NCBI GenBank assembly: GCA_963702205.1
Contig: OY969724.1
Coordinates: 32,001 to 96,000, forward strand
Source of the DNA: an uncultured candidate division Zixibacteria bacterium
GTDB lineage: Bacteria; Zixibacteria; MSB-5A5; GN15; PGXB01
Reading direction: 5' to 3'
Length of the DNA stretch: 64,000 nt
Shown: in pieces, positions 53,083 through 61,841 of the stretch
How positions within the stretch are numbered: position 1 is the stretch's first letter
How the letters are laid out: every line of letters starts with the position of its first letter
Program-made: the position numbers and the translations under genes
The notes under the pieces: generated by a model
The model's database searches: none
What the model was told of the DNA's origin: nothing
What the model saw: only the letters and a program-made list of their open reading frames with translations

Positions 53083-53739
53083 ATGCCTGACCTGGACTTT
53101 AACATCTTCTGCAAACGGGCCTTTGAAGCGCTTAAGATCGACTCACAGATAGATCTTGCATCTGCCATGGACCTTAACCGCTCTGCCATTACACAGGCAA
53201 AGAAGAAAGGCATCGTGCCTGACAAATGGCTTCTTATCCTGTTTTCAAGGCATGGCGTCAATCCTGACTGGATGGAGACAGGCAAAGGTCCTGTATTTCT
53301 AAAAATAAAAGAAACCGGAGCAACACAGCCTGAATTCATGGCCATAACCAAGGTCAAGGCAAGGCTCTGCGCAGGAGACGGGTCATTTGAAACTGATGAG
53401 GGAGTAAACAACAGATATCTCTTTCAGAGCGAATGGCTCAAAAGGAAGGGACAGCCGGACAGGATGGTGTTAATGGAGGTGTTCGGCAACAGCATGGAAC
53501 CGGGACTCAAGTCAGGGGATACTGTGCTTGTTGACTGTTCCCAGAACGATATAATACCAGGGCTAATATATGCGGTAGGCATAGATGACACAATAATGAT
53601 AAAACGCATAGAAAAACATCCCGGTAAAATACTTTTAAGGAGTGATAACAGGGAGTACGAACCGGTAGTTGTTGAGGGTGAAAACATCAACAGCATGCGA
53701 ATTATAGGCCGGATAATCTGGACCTGCCGTACCCTTTAA
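53083..53739 (+). CDS. CI/LexA-like repressor with S24 peptidase domain
   Basis: N-terminal HTH (SQIDLASAMDLNRSAIT), AG cleavage site (LCAGDG), catalytic GNSM and IKR. Confidence 0.9.
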   Translation: MPDLDFNIFCKRAFEALKIDSQIDLASAMDLNRSAITQAKKKGIVPDKWLLILFSRHGVNPDWMETGKGPVFLKIKETGATQPEFMAITKVKARLCAGDGSFETDEGVNNRYLFQSEWLKRKGQPDRMVLMEVFGNSMEPGLKSGDTVLVDCSQNDIIPGLIYAVGIDDTIMIKRIEKHPGKILLRSDNREYEPVVVEGENINSMRIIGRIIWTCRTL

Positions 53740-53755
53740 CTATCTAATTATATTT

Positions 53756-54275
53756 GTCATTCCAAGGCCTGCCCTGTTAAATTTCCCGGAGGGAACCCTG
53801 TTTAACAGGGCGAGTCGAAGATCCAGATGCTGTTTTCGGGGATCGTGGGATCCATAGTCTTTTCATTGGGTAGGGATTTATTCCTGACCGGTATTTTGTA
53901 TTATATATATTGTAGAGACAAGGCATGCCTTGTCTCTACACGGCGGGGTATAATCCGTCTTCGCACAAGCCTACGCCGGGACACGAACCCAATGCTGTTG
54001 ACTTAAGGCAGAATACGGCTCCTCTCCCTTAATCCCTCCCCTGCCTGCCGGGGCGTAGCCTAAGCGACGAAACCTCCACCTGCCGAAATAAACAGGGCTT
54101 TCGTCTTGCGCTACCTGTCACGCCCTGGTCTGAACGCTTTTGACGAAGACGGGTGCCCCATGCACTACTTGTCCCGGCGTAGCCTTCAGCGAAGAAGGGA
54201 GTTTTATTCTTTCCCTAACAGCCTACAGCCTAAACTGCTTCCCTGGCCCGGCACAGCCTCGGCGACGACGGCAGC
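53756..54275. repeat. Mosaic of REP-like palindromes between the repressor and intI
   Basis: Perfect 30-bp palindrome TGTAGAGACAAGGCATGCCTTGTCTCTACA (53911-53940), 45-bp hairpin 53768-53812, GGCGTAGCCT units and ACAGCCT heptamers. Confidence 0.65.
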
Positions 54276-54281
54276 CTATTT

Positions 54282-55232
54282 TTACATCAAATCCAGCGGG
54301 CTCTTCGCCCCCAGTCCACCCTTTTTCATAACATGTGTGTAAATCATGGTGGTTCTTATATCCTTGTGCCCCAGTAACTCCTGTACAGTCCTGATATCAT
54401 ACCCGTTCTCCAGCATGTGTGTGGCAAAGCTGTGGCGAAAAGTGTGAGGGCCTATCAATTTATGAATACCTGCCTTTTGTGCTGCCGATCTAACCGCTTT
54501 TCTAAGAACGCTTTCATCAATGTGATGACGTCTTTTTATACCGCCACGCGGGTCTTTTGATATTTTAGAAGCGGGAAAAACATACTGCCATTTCCATTCT
54601 TTCGCTGCGTTTTTATATTTCCTTTCCAGGGCATAGGGCAGGTACACCTCTCCAAATCCATTTTTAAGATCATGATCATGCATTATCTTTATTTTTTCTA
54701 AATGATCTTTCATTAATGGCTGAATTTTTTCCGGAAACAACGTTGCACGGTCCTTGGCTCCTTTTCCATTTACTACAATTAATTGTTCCATGTAAAAATC
54801 CAAATCTTTTACTCTAAGCCGAACACATTCTTTTACCCGCAATCCTGAACCATAAATAACCTGGGCCATTAACCTGTTTGTACCGGACATAAAACCCAAA
54901 ACACTTTCAACTTCTTTACTTAAAACAATAGGAATCTTCTCAGGTTTTTTTGCTCTCTCCATAGGCCCGAAATCACCAAGATCAATTTTGAGAACATATT
55001 TATATAAAAAAACAACAGCGTTTAAAGCCTGATTCTGGGTGCTTGCAGCGACATTCCTGTTCAAAGCCAGATCTGATACAAACTCCGATATCTCTTTTTC
55101 TCCCATGTCAGCAGGATGTTTTTTATTATGGAAGAGTATATATCTTTTCGCCCAACTTACATAAGCCTCTTCAGTCTTGTAAGAATAATGTTTTTTTCTA
55201 ATAACCTGCTTAAGCTGATCAAGAAGTCTCAT
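54282..55232 (-). CDS. intI: Integron integrase
   Basis: HYSYKTEEAY, STQNQALNA, GLR, GKGAKDR, IntI-specific insert LPYALERKY..A..EWKWQYVFP, HTFRHSFATH, LLGH, TTMIYTHV. Confidence 0.97.
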   Translation of the reverse strand: MRLLDQLKQVIRKKHYSYKTEEAYVSWAKRYILFHNKKHPADMGEKEISEFVSDLALNRNVAASTQNQALNAVVFLYKYVLKIDLGDFGPMERAKKPEKIPIVLSKEVESVLGFMSGTNRLMAQVIYGSGLRVKECVRLRVKDLDFYMEQLIVVNGKGAKDRATLFPEKIQPLMKDHLEKIKIMHDHDLKNGFGEVYLPYALERKYKNAAKEWKWQYVFPASKISKDPRGGIKRRHHIDESVLRKAVRSAAQKAGIHKLIGPHTFRHSFATHMLENGYDIRTVQELLGHKDIRTTMIYTHVMKKGGLGAKSPLDLM

Positions 55233-55823
55233 GGTAATCCTCCTTATAATTATTTTGACATTAATTTATTAATATGATCTCATGGCTCTCGATTTACCGC
55301 TTTGATGTTGATTTAATCGATATAATAAAATACCTCTTCGGCATTCGCCGACCTGCCCTGTTAAATTACCTGGAGGGATTCCTGTTTGCTAGGGCGTATT
55401 AGATGATTCCAGTAGTCTTTGCCAGTTAGGGGGTATCAGATATTAGTGATGATGAGCGTGAATTGTTAAACAATAAACGCATTGTTTATATTTGTCAACT
55501 TATTTCTATTTTTTTGTTTCTCAATAGGCACAGCTTTTCCGATTAACTAAATTATATCAGGTAGATAGGCGCCATAAAAAAATATTTTTAATGTGGATAT
55601 CGGAAAATTTTCCGATATGGAGCAATTGAATTCGGTTACAACAACGATTATCACCTATCCTATTGATATAATTAATAATAAGTATTTTTCACAAATTTAA
55701 TTTTATTATATTTATTAGCCATACTTTGCCTGATTTGCCGATTTCAATAGGGTGGCAATATTTAATTTAACTGTTTGAAAATATGATTAATATAAAGGAG
55801 CAAAAGGCATTTTTTCAAAAGTC

Positions 55824-55860
55824 GATATCGGAAAATTTGCCCACTACTCCTATGTTAAAT
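55824..55860 (+). other. Putative attI site (core G/TTAAAT at 55854)
   Basis: First GTT box of the array, not preceded by an attC; complements GCATTTAAC at 56925-56933. Confidence 0.7.
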
Positions 55861-55876
55861 GCTCAAGGAGCAAAAA

Positions 55877-56443
55877 ATGCGAATATATTTAATACTCATA
55901 TCATTGTTACTTCTTTTTTCATGTGCCCCAATAAAGCATTATGAAATCATGTCAAAAAAAACTGGTATTGTGCACACCGTTTCTATTGGAAGTGAACTTT
56001 ATAGGATAAAAAAAGAACGTGATCTACCAAATGTTTTTGGAAAAGCAGATATACACGGTGGGAAAATTGAGGAAGGGTTAACCGAGTTACGATTTATGGG
56101 CATTGCAGATGATGGGAAAATAATGTTTAGGCTTACTGACATTGATATACAATCTAATGAAACCGTATTCACAAGATATGGTGCAAATCGAACAACAATA
56201 AATACAAATGCAAATGCAAATGTATCAGTCTATGGTAATTCTGCATTTGGTTCTGGTAATGCAAATACTGTTATAACAGAACACGATAAACCAGAGGCCC
56301 AGATTACCAAACTTCCAAATACTGTTGATTTCGTATTTGACCCAAAAGATAAATACTTAAAACTTGAAGATATTACTGTTGAAGTAATTGATGCTACAAA
56401 ATATTCCTTAAGTTACACCCTGCACAAAGAAGAAGTCCAATAA
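55877..56443 (+). CDS. Cassette lipoprotein, hypothetical
   Basis: Lipobox LLLFSC; AAGGAG RBS. Confidence 0.8.
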   Translation: MRIYLILISLLLLFSCAPIKHYEIMSKKTGIVHTVSIGSELYRIKKERDLPNVFGKADIHGGKIEEGLTELRFMGIADDGKIMFRLTDIDIQSNETVFTRYGANRTTINTNANANVSVYGNSAFGSGNANTVITEHDKPEAQITKLPNTVDFVFDPKDKYLKLEDITVEVIDATKYSLSYTLHKEEVQ

Positions 56444-56471
56444 TCTGCCGTTAAATGTGAGGGAGAACAAA

Positions 56472-56921
56472 ATGACTACTCGTAATGAAACAAGATTGCA
56501 TAACTTGGATTTTTTAAAAACAAATTTGCATTTTTCACAAAATGGGAATAGTGCTGTTTTCCAAAAAGACAGTAAATATTTTATTTCTCCTGCGGTGTCA
56601 GAAGGGAAACATGGTAAATACTGGATAGATATACGTGAAGCAAACTTAAAAAAAATAGTACTGCAAAACTGTTTTCTTATGCCAAGGATTAAACCAAACT
56701 TATTCATTCTTGAAAATATCAATAATCTAAATAACCTGCTGTCTAAAGATTCTATGGAATGGAGGTCAAATTCAGGGAATGTTTGGGGCATTTATATGAA
56801 AATAAATATTCAATTAAAAACAGCAACATTGTTCAGTAAAAAAAATCCTGAAAATCAAATAACAACAGCTTTAATACCCAAAGACACAATTAAAGAAACA
56901 TTAAATGAAGTATTTACATAA
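56472..56921 (+). CDS. Cassette hypothetical protein
   Basis: ORF with GGAG RBS ending at attC. Confidence 0.75.
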   Translation: MTTRNETRLHNLDFLKTNLHFSQNGNSAVFQKDSKYFISPAVSEGKHGKYWIDIREANLKKIVLQNCFLMPRIKPNLFILENINNLNNLLSKDSMEWRSNSGNVWGIYMKINIQLKTATLFSKKNPENQITTALIPKDTIKETLNEVFT

Positions 56922-56926
56922 ACTGC

Positions 56927-57053
56927 ATTTAACATGGCACTCAACGTGACACGCTACTATCTTGCCGAATCAGCCTTTAAAGGTTACCGGCATTCATACT
57001 TAAAAATATCTTATGGTGGAGTGCACCGCGTGCTCGTTAGTTAATCGTTATGG
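56927..57053 (+). other. attC 1
   Basis: ATTTAAC...GTTATGG with inner IR AACG..CACGC/GCGTG..CGTT. Confidence 0.88.
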
Positions 57054-57064
57054 GCCAAAGACAT

Positions 57065-57801
57065 ATGATAGAAGAGTTAAAAAATTACTATAAAGAAAAC
57101 GGAATCCTCGCAACATCATTTACTTGTGCCTACAAATTCCGGTGCAAGGGTGATTGTACCGAGTTTACAGGACCAAAATCTGCTTTCGTTAGTTCTGGAT
57201 ATGAAATCAATTTACTTCCGAGATTATTGTTTTTATCATTGGATTCTGGCAGCGGCGACAAAAACGATGATAACCGACTTCCCCTAGCTGTAAGACAGCA
57301 AGAGGAAATAGATGAAGATGTTTTGTCTTTACCAAAACACAAACATTGGTATAGGACACACGAATTAGCATGGTACGTATTACGGCATTTTAATGAAAAA
57401 CTAAAAATACAAGAGGTTAACAAATTCTTTGCTCATGCCAACTCCGCTAAATGTTGCATGAACAAAAAGCAAAAAAAAAGGCAAATGCTATATTATTCAG
57501 AAACTGTAAAAAATATTTGCGAGGCGAAATAAAGATCTTGTCACCAGATATTGTCATTACCCAAGGTAATGAAGCAAAAGAAGCTATCTGGTTTTTGCAG
57601 GATACAATCTATAATCGTATTGATGAGTTCGCATCAGTAATTGAGCTAAACAATAGGCAAGTATTTTGGTTACACACCTACCATCCTAGTAATTGGGGGG
57701 CATTTTATAAACAGCGAAATTTTGATAAAGCCAATAATATCGCTAGGGGTTGGGTAAAATATTCAGACCTAATATATGAGTTTTTATCAAAAAAACCATA
57801 A
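57065..57801 (+). CDS. Cassette uracil-DNA-glycosylase-superfamily protein, frameshifted at A9 run 57471-57479
   Basis: NSAKC, C..YL..EI.IL.PDIVITQG and YHPS motifs. Confidence 0.65.
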
Positions 57802-57922
57802 CATGCAACTCAACGTGACACGCTACTATTTCGCCAAATCGGCCTTGTGTGGTCTGCAAAATATTAACATTTAATCATCTTATGATGGCGGGCACCGCGT
57901 GCTCGTTAGTTAATCGTTACAC
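57796..57922 (+). other. attC 2
   Basis: CCATAAC...GTTACAC; arms near-identical to attC 1. Confidence 0.88.
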
Positions 57923-57937
57923 GTCAAAGGAAATAAT

Positions 57938-58318
57938 ATGATTTGCTTTGAAATTACAATCAATGGTGAAAAAATCTGCACTGCTGGAATTGAACAGGAA
58001 TATGGTGTTATCAGTTCTATATTGACTTGGGTAAAAAGAAAAAAAGCTCCTGCAGAGACGTGTTCTGAAGTATCAGAAGAAGAACTCTTTTTAGATGTGG
58101 GAGGTCTTATAACTCATGGAAACAACAACCATGAAAATCTCAAATGGTTAAAGAGAGAAATTGAGGCTGGAGACGAAATAAAAATAAGAGTCATAGAATC
58201 TGATTCCTGTACTCAACCTAGCTCAAGAACGAAACAAGATCCCGAATTTTTGGAGAAAGAAAAGCGCAAGTATTATAAAAAGCTTAAAAAAGAATATGAG
58301 AACGACAAAGACGTGTAA
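57938..58318 (+). CDS. Cassette hypothetical protein
   Basis: ORF fills cassette; stop codon lies in R''. Confidence 0.8.
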   Translation: MICFEITINGEKICTAGIEQEYGVISSILTWVKRKKAPAETCSEVSEEELFLDVGGLITHGNNNHENLKWLKREIEAGDEIKIRVIESDSCTQPSSRTKQDPEFLEKEKRKYYKKLKKEYENDKDV

Positions 58319-58439
58319 CAATTCATTCAACGTGACGTGCTTACTATCTTGCCAAATCGGTCTTTAAAGGTTTGCAACGTTCATTCTTCTAAGCACCTTT
58401 ATTGGCAGGCGTCGCACGCTCGTTAATTCTACGTTCGGC
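58313..58439 (+). other. attC 3
   Basis: GTGTAAC...GTTCGGC. Confidence 0.85.
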
Positions 58440-58454
58440 TAGGTGGAAGAAAAT

Positions 58455-59207
58455 ATGACAGACGAAGGTAAAAATAAAGAATTAAGTGATTGGCGATTGC
58501 AAGCTGTATCAACACTCGCAAAACCTTTTAAATCACCATGGTCAAATATTACTTTTCCTGCTGGTTCTAAAGTATGCCTCACAGCAATAGCAAAATTTGA
58601 TAAAAAAATTAACATTGGGATACCAATGCCTAATGCTACAGCAATGTTTTTAAATATTTCAAGCAAATCATATCAACAAGCGAATAAAATTATTTCTGAC
58701 AAATCGAAAATCAAGCATGCAGATGGAAATTTAAGCTTTATTTCAGACACCGATGCAATCGATTTTATTGAAAATTTATGTGCTGCTGTTGTTTTTGCTT
58801 TTAGCTCTTTAGAAACATATGCAAATGAAGTTATTCCTGATGATTATATTTTTAGGATAAAAAGAAAAGATGCAAAATGTATTGAAGAATATAATAAAGA
58901 CCAAATAGAAAAGTATTTAAATATCGATGTAAAATATGGTGAGGTTCTTCCTGAAATATTTGGGATTAAAAGTCCAAAAAATAAAAGAATCTGGCATGAC
59001 TATAAAAGGTTAAAAGATGTCAGAGATAGAATCATTCATTTGAAGTCTAAAGATAGGAAATCCTCTGGCCCTAATGATAATACTATTTGGAATTCATTAC
59101 TTTATAAAGAGTTCCCTGACATGGCAAAAATATCGAAAAATCTAATCGATTATTTTGCTGTAAACATGGAAAAAACTCCAACATGGATAGAAAATTATCC
59201 CTATTAA
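58455..59207 (+). CDS. Cassette protein with HEPN-like RxxxxH motif
   Basis: SSLETYAN helix and RDRIIH. Confidence 0.6.
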   Translation: MTDEGKNKELSDWRLQAVSTLAKPFKSPWSNITFPAGSKVCLTAIAKFDKKINIGIPMPNATAMFLNISSKSYQQANKIISDKSKIKHADGNLSFISDTDAIDFIENLCAAVVFAFSSLETYANEVIPDDYIFRIKRKDAKCIEEYNKDQIEKYLNIDVKYGEVLPEIFGIKSPKNKRIWHDYKRLKDVRDRIIHLKSKDRKSSGPNDNTIWNSLLYKEFPDMAKISKNLIDYFAVNMEKTPTWIENYPY

Positions 59208-59210
59208 AAC

Positions 59211-59276
59211 GCCGAACAAACGCATTAAGCCGATTTGGCGAAAAGACCGCCAAACCGCTTATGCAGCTCGTTATGT
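59211..59276 (+). other. attC 4 (short)
   Basis: GCCGAAC..GCATTAAGC..TTTGGCG/CGCCAAA..GCTTATGC..GTTATGT. Confidence 0.88.
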
Positions 59277-59303
59277 TTTTCATTGTATGCGGAGGAAAGT
59301 GAT

Positions 59304-59579
59304 ATGGATGAAAAAGAGTTAAGAGAAATGAGAAAAACATTAGCAGAACAAACTAAAATATTGGCTACACCAATTGATTTCGATGATTTAATCAAAAAAG
59401 GTTTAATTAAAAAGGTTGGTAAATCCTACTATACTGATAACATCCATAAATTACCGAAAGAGGTAACTTGTAAAATAAAAGAAATGTCGAATGGTAGGTA
59501 TGGTTTAAAACTTACCTTTTACAAAGAAACCAAATCAATCAAAAAGGTTGCAAAAGATTTTGAGCAATATTCTGAATAA
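59304..59579 (+). CDS. Cassette hypothetical protein
   Basis: GGAGG RBS; ORF ends at attC. Confidence 0.8.
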   Translation: MDEKELREMRKTLAEQTKILATPIDFDDLIKKGLIKKVGKSYYTDNIHKLPKEVTCKIKEMSNGRYGLKLTFYKETKSIKKVAKDFEQYSE

Positions 59580-59580
59580 A

Positions 59581-59710
59581 ACATAACCCGGCAATTAAGC
59601 GCGACTGGCTGGTTTTTCTTGCCGATTGAAATTCAGTGGTATTAATAGTCTTCACACTTTATCGCCCATCGGTACCATTACCCGCCAGCGCCTTATCGCC
59701 ATTATTGGCT
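59581..59710 (+). other. attC 5 with non-canonical R' (ATTGGCT)
   Basis: ACATAAC..TAAG..CTGGC/GCCAG..CTTA..ATTGGCT. Confidence 0.75.
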
Positions 59711-59979
59711 GTCAATAGAATAGAACAAAATCGAATTCAGGGGCAGCGGAAATGAAGTTGCAAATAACATGTAATCCAAGGACGCGAGAATTGATCTGAA
59801 AATAAAAAGGTAACAAAACAAAGGAAATCCATTCCCCGGAAATTCCTTTGAAAAATAAATCAAAAAAATATAAAAAGAATCATTCAAAAACATAGTTTTC
59901 AAAAAGCAACAAATCTTTAAAAATCAGTAATTGAAAGTAAGCAGTCATAAATAAACTAAATGGGTTGGCGGCAGCCAAC
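59705..59979 (+). other. ORF-less integron cassette body, copy 1
   Basis: No credible forward ORF; homologous to 61836-62121. Confidence 0.8.
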
Positions 59980-60102
59980 AAGTCACTAAACAAGGACAGG
60001 CTGGTTTTTCTTGCCGAATCGAACCGCAAAGATTCGCGAAGTTATATAATGCAACAAGCTTCAAAGGTACGCCCCGCCTGCCTGTTAGTGTCGTCGTTAA
60101 AG
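59973..60102 (+). other. attC 6
   Basis: AGCCAAC..CACTAAACA..CAGGC/GCCTG..TGTTAGTG..GTTAAAG. Confidence 0.88.
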
Positions 60103-60118
60103 GTCAAGGAAATATAAA

Positions 60119-60397
60119 ATGGAATATATAGGAACAACTCCCAATAAATTTATGGCAATTTTCTGGATGTTTTTTGCTGTATTTGTAGCAATCGGATCAA
60201 TTCCTGTTCTATGGTCATCAGCTAAATTATTGATTATACCATTGCTGATATTACCAATTATTTTTTTTATCATGGGATTACAGAGGACACGGAAATATCG
60301 TCTTGAGAATGGGAAGTTTGAAAAGGTAATACGTTCATTATTTTTCGCAGCAGCAATGGTTTCAGCACTTACAATGCCATTTAATGTAGTTCTTTAA
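60119..60397 (+). CDS. Cassette small membrane protein (copy 1)
   Basis: Three hydrophobic segments; identical to 61044-61322. Confidence 0.82.
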   Translation: MEYIGTTPNKFMAIFWMFFAVFVAIGSIPVLWSSAKLLIIPLLILPIIFFIMGLQRTRKYRLENGKFEKVIRSLFFAAAMVSALTMPFNVVL

Positions 60398-60400
60398 AAC

Positions 60401-60529
60401 CTTTAACCATGCGTTCAAGGTGACCCGGCTACTATATCGCCGAGTGAGCAGAGTCAATATTAACAAGTATCTTAGGGGCATGAGGCTAGTTGCAATAAAA
60501 CCGCCGGGCTCCTTAACTTCACGTTCTAT
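60401..60529 (+). other. attC 7
   Basis: CTTTAAC...GTTCTAT. Confidence 0.88.
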
Positions 60530-60545
60530 GTCATAAAAAATAACT

Positions 60546-60884
60546 ATGATGCGAGATTATAAAGATTTCAAACCAGTAAAAATTGGAGGTCAAATATCCA
60601 TTTGTATTGGTGTATTCATTTTTCTATTTTACTTCGTTTTGGTTCGTGAACCTGAATTAGGAACTTCATTTGATGTTTTTGCGTGTATCAATATTGCTTG
60701 GTACCTTTTAATGGGCATAGGAATCCTTCAACAAAAAATATGGGGCTATCATATGCTCAAAGTATTTTTATACATCTTATTCGTCAGTTTTCCGATTGGA
60801 ACATATATTTCTTATAAATCATTAAAGTATTTTAAAGAAAAAGATATCAAAGACTTCTTTGTCAGTAAAACAATGGATTTGTAA
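60546..60884 (+). CDS. Cassette small membrane protein
   Basis: Three hydrophobic segments, FPIGT motif. Confidence 0.8.
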   Translation: MMRDYKDFKPVKIGGQISICIGVFIFLFYFVLVREPELGTSFDVFACINIAWYLLMGIGILQQKIWGYHMLKVFLYILFVSFPIGTYISYKSLKYFKEKDIKDFFVSKTMDL

Positions 60885-60894
60885 ATTAAATGTC

Positions 60895-61027
60895 ATAGAA
60901 CCAGCGCATTTACTAAGACCGGGCTATTTTTTACGCTTTTTTTAATTCTCTGCAAACTATCAACCTTCGAGTCTTTATCAAGGTGAATCGGTTTGCGCCG
61001 CCCGGCTTGTAATGCAATACGTTAAAG
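60895..61027 (+). other. attC 8
   Basis: ATAGAAC..TACTAAGACCGGGC/GCCCGGCTTGTA..GTTAAAG. Confidence 0.88.
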
Positions 61028-61043
61028 GTCAAGGAAATATAAA

Positions 61044-61322
61044 ATGGAATATATAGGAACAACTCCCAATAAATTTATGGCAATTTTCTGGATGTTTTTT
61101 GCTGTATTTGTAGCAATCGGATCAATTCCTGTTCTATGGTCATCAGCTAAATTATTGATTATACCATTGCTGATATTACCAATTATTTTTTTTATCATGG
61201 GATTACAGAGGACACGGAAATATCGTCTTGAGAATGGGAAGTTTGAAAAGGTAATACGTTCATTATTTTTCGCAGCAGCAATGGTTTCAGCACTTACAAT
61301 GCCATTTAATGTAGTTCTTTAA
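61044..61322 (+). CDS. Cassette small membrane protein (copy 2)
   Basis: Identical to 60119-60397. Confidence 0.82.
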   Translation: MEYIGTTPNKFMAIFWMFFAVFVAIGSIPVLWSSAKLLIIPLLILPIIFFIMGLQRTRKYRLENGKFEKVIRSLFFAAAMVSALTMPFNVVL

Positions 61323-61325
61323 AAC

Positions 61326-61454
61326 CTTTAACCATGCGTTCAAGGTGACCCGGCTACTATATCGCCGAGTGAGCAGAGTCAATATTAACAAGTATCTTAG
61401 GGGCATGAGGCTAGTTGCAATAAAACCGCCGGGCTCCTTAACTTCACGTTATAG
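61326..61454 (+). other. attC 9
   Basis: Same as attC 7 up to GTT, then ATAG. Confidence 0.88.
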
Positions 61455-61466
61455 GGCTATAGTTAA

Positions 61467-61766
61467 ATGAAACAAGAATATGAGAATAATAAAATCAACT
61501 ATATCCACCTTTCAATAGGTGTCTTTATTCTATTATCTTTTTTGGGTTTTTGCGTATACCATAATAATACAAAATATTTTTTCGATACCATCTTAACTTT
61601 TATATTTCTTGATATTGCATTAAGTCTTTATCTTAGTAGTAGCAGTGTTAAAAAAATTGTTGCCTATATTCTTTGTCCAATTCTTTTATTCCACAAGTTT
61701 TTAATTCCTAAGAAGTTGAGAAATGAAATTAAGGAAATAGAAGAAAAAATTAAAAATGAGACCTAA
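61467..61766 (+). CDS. Cassette small membrane protein
   Basis: Hydrophobic ORF filling the cassette. Confidence 0.72.
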   Translation: MKQEYENNKINYIHLSIGVFILLSFLGFCVYHNNTKYFFDTILTFIFLDIALSLYLSSSSVKKIVAYILCPILLFHKFLIPKKLRNEIKEIEEKIKNET

Positions 61767-61771
61767 AAAGC

Positions 61772-61841
61772 ATATAACAAGCCCTTCAACAAATGACCGG
61801 GCGATAAGGCGCCGCCCGGCATGTTAAGGGCGCCGTTGGCG
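61772..61841 (+). other. attC 10 (short)
   Basis: ATATAAC..GCCCTTCAAC..CCGGGCG/CGCCCGG..GTTAAGGGC..GTTGGCG. Confidence 0.88.

Noticed and set aside
54905..54925. IntI VLSKEV looks one residue shorter than the usual VL(S/T)xEEV
   Set aside because: In frame with all catalytic residues present; significance cannot be judged without an alignment.
53083..55232. Repressor plus tyrosine recombinase as a prophage
   Set aside because: The recombinase has the IntI-specific insertion and no phage structural or replication genes are nearby.
18690..57480. Split genes (RND permease, radical SAM, AAA ATPase, prfC, UDG-like) as pseudogenes or programmed frameshifts
   Set aside because: Each is repaired by one base in a homopolymer run and both halves are otherwise intact, which is the pattern of long-read indel errors.
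59702..59902. 66-aa reverse-strand ORF in the ORF-less cassette
   Set aside because: Low-complexity translation of A-rich DNA; the equivalent frame in the second copy has stop codons.
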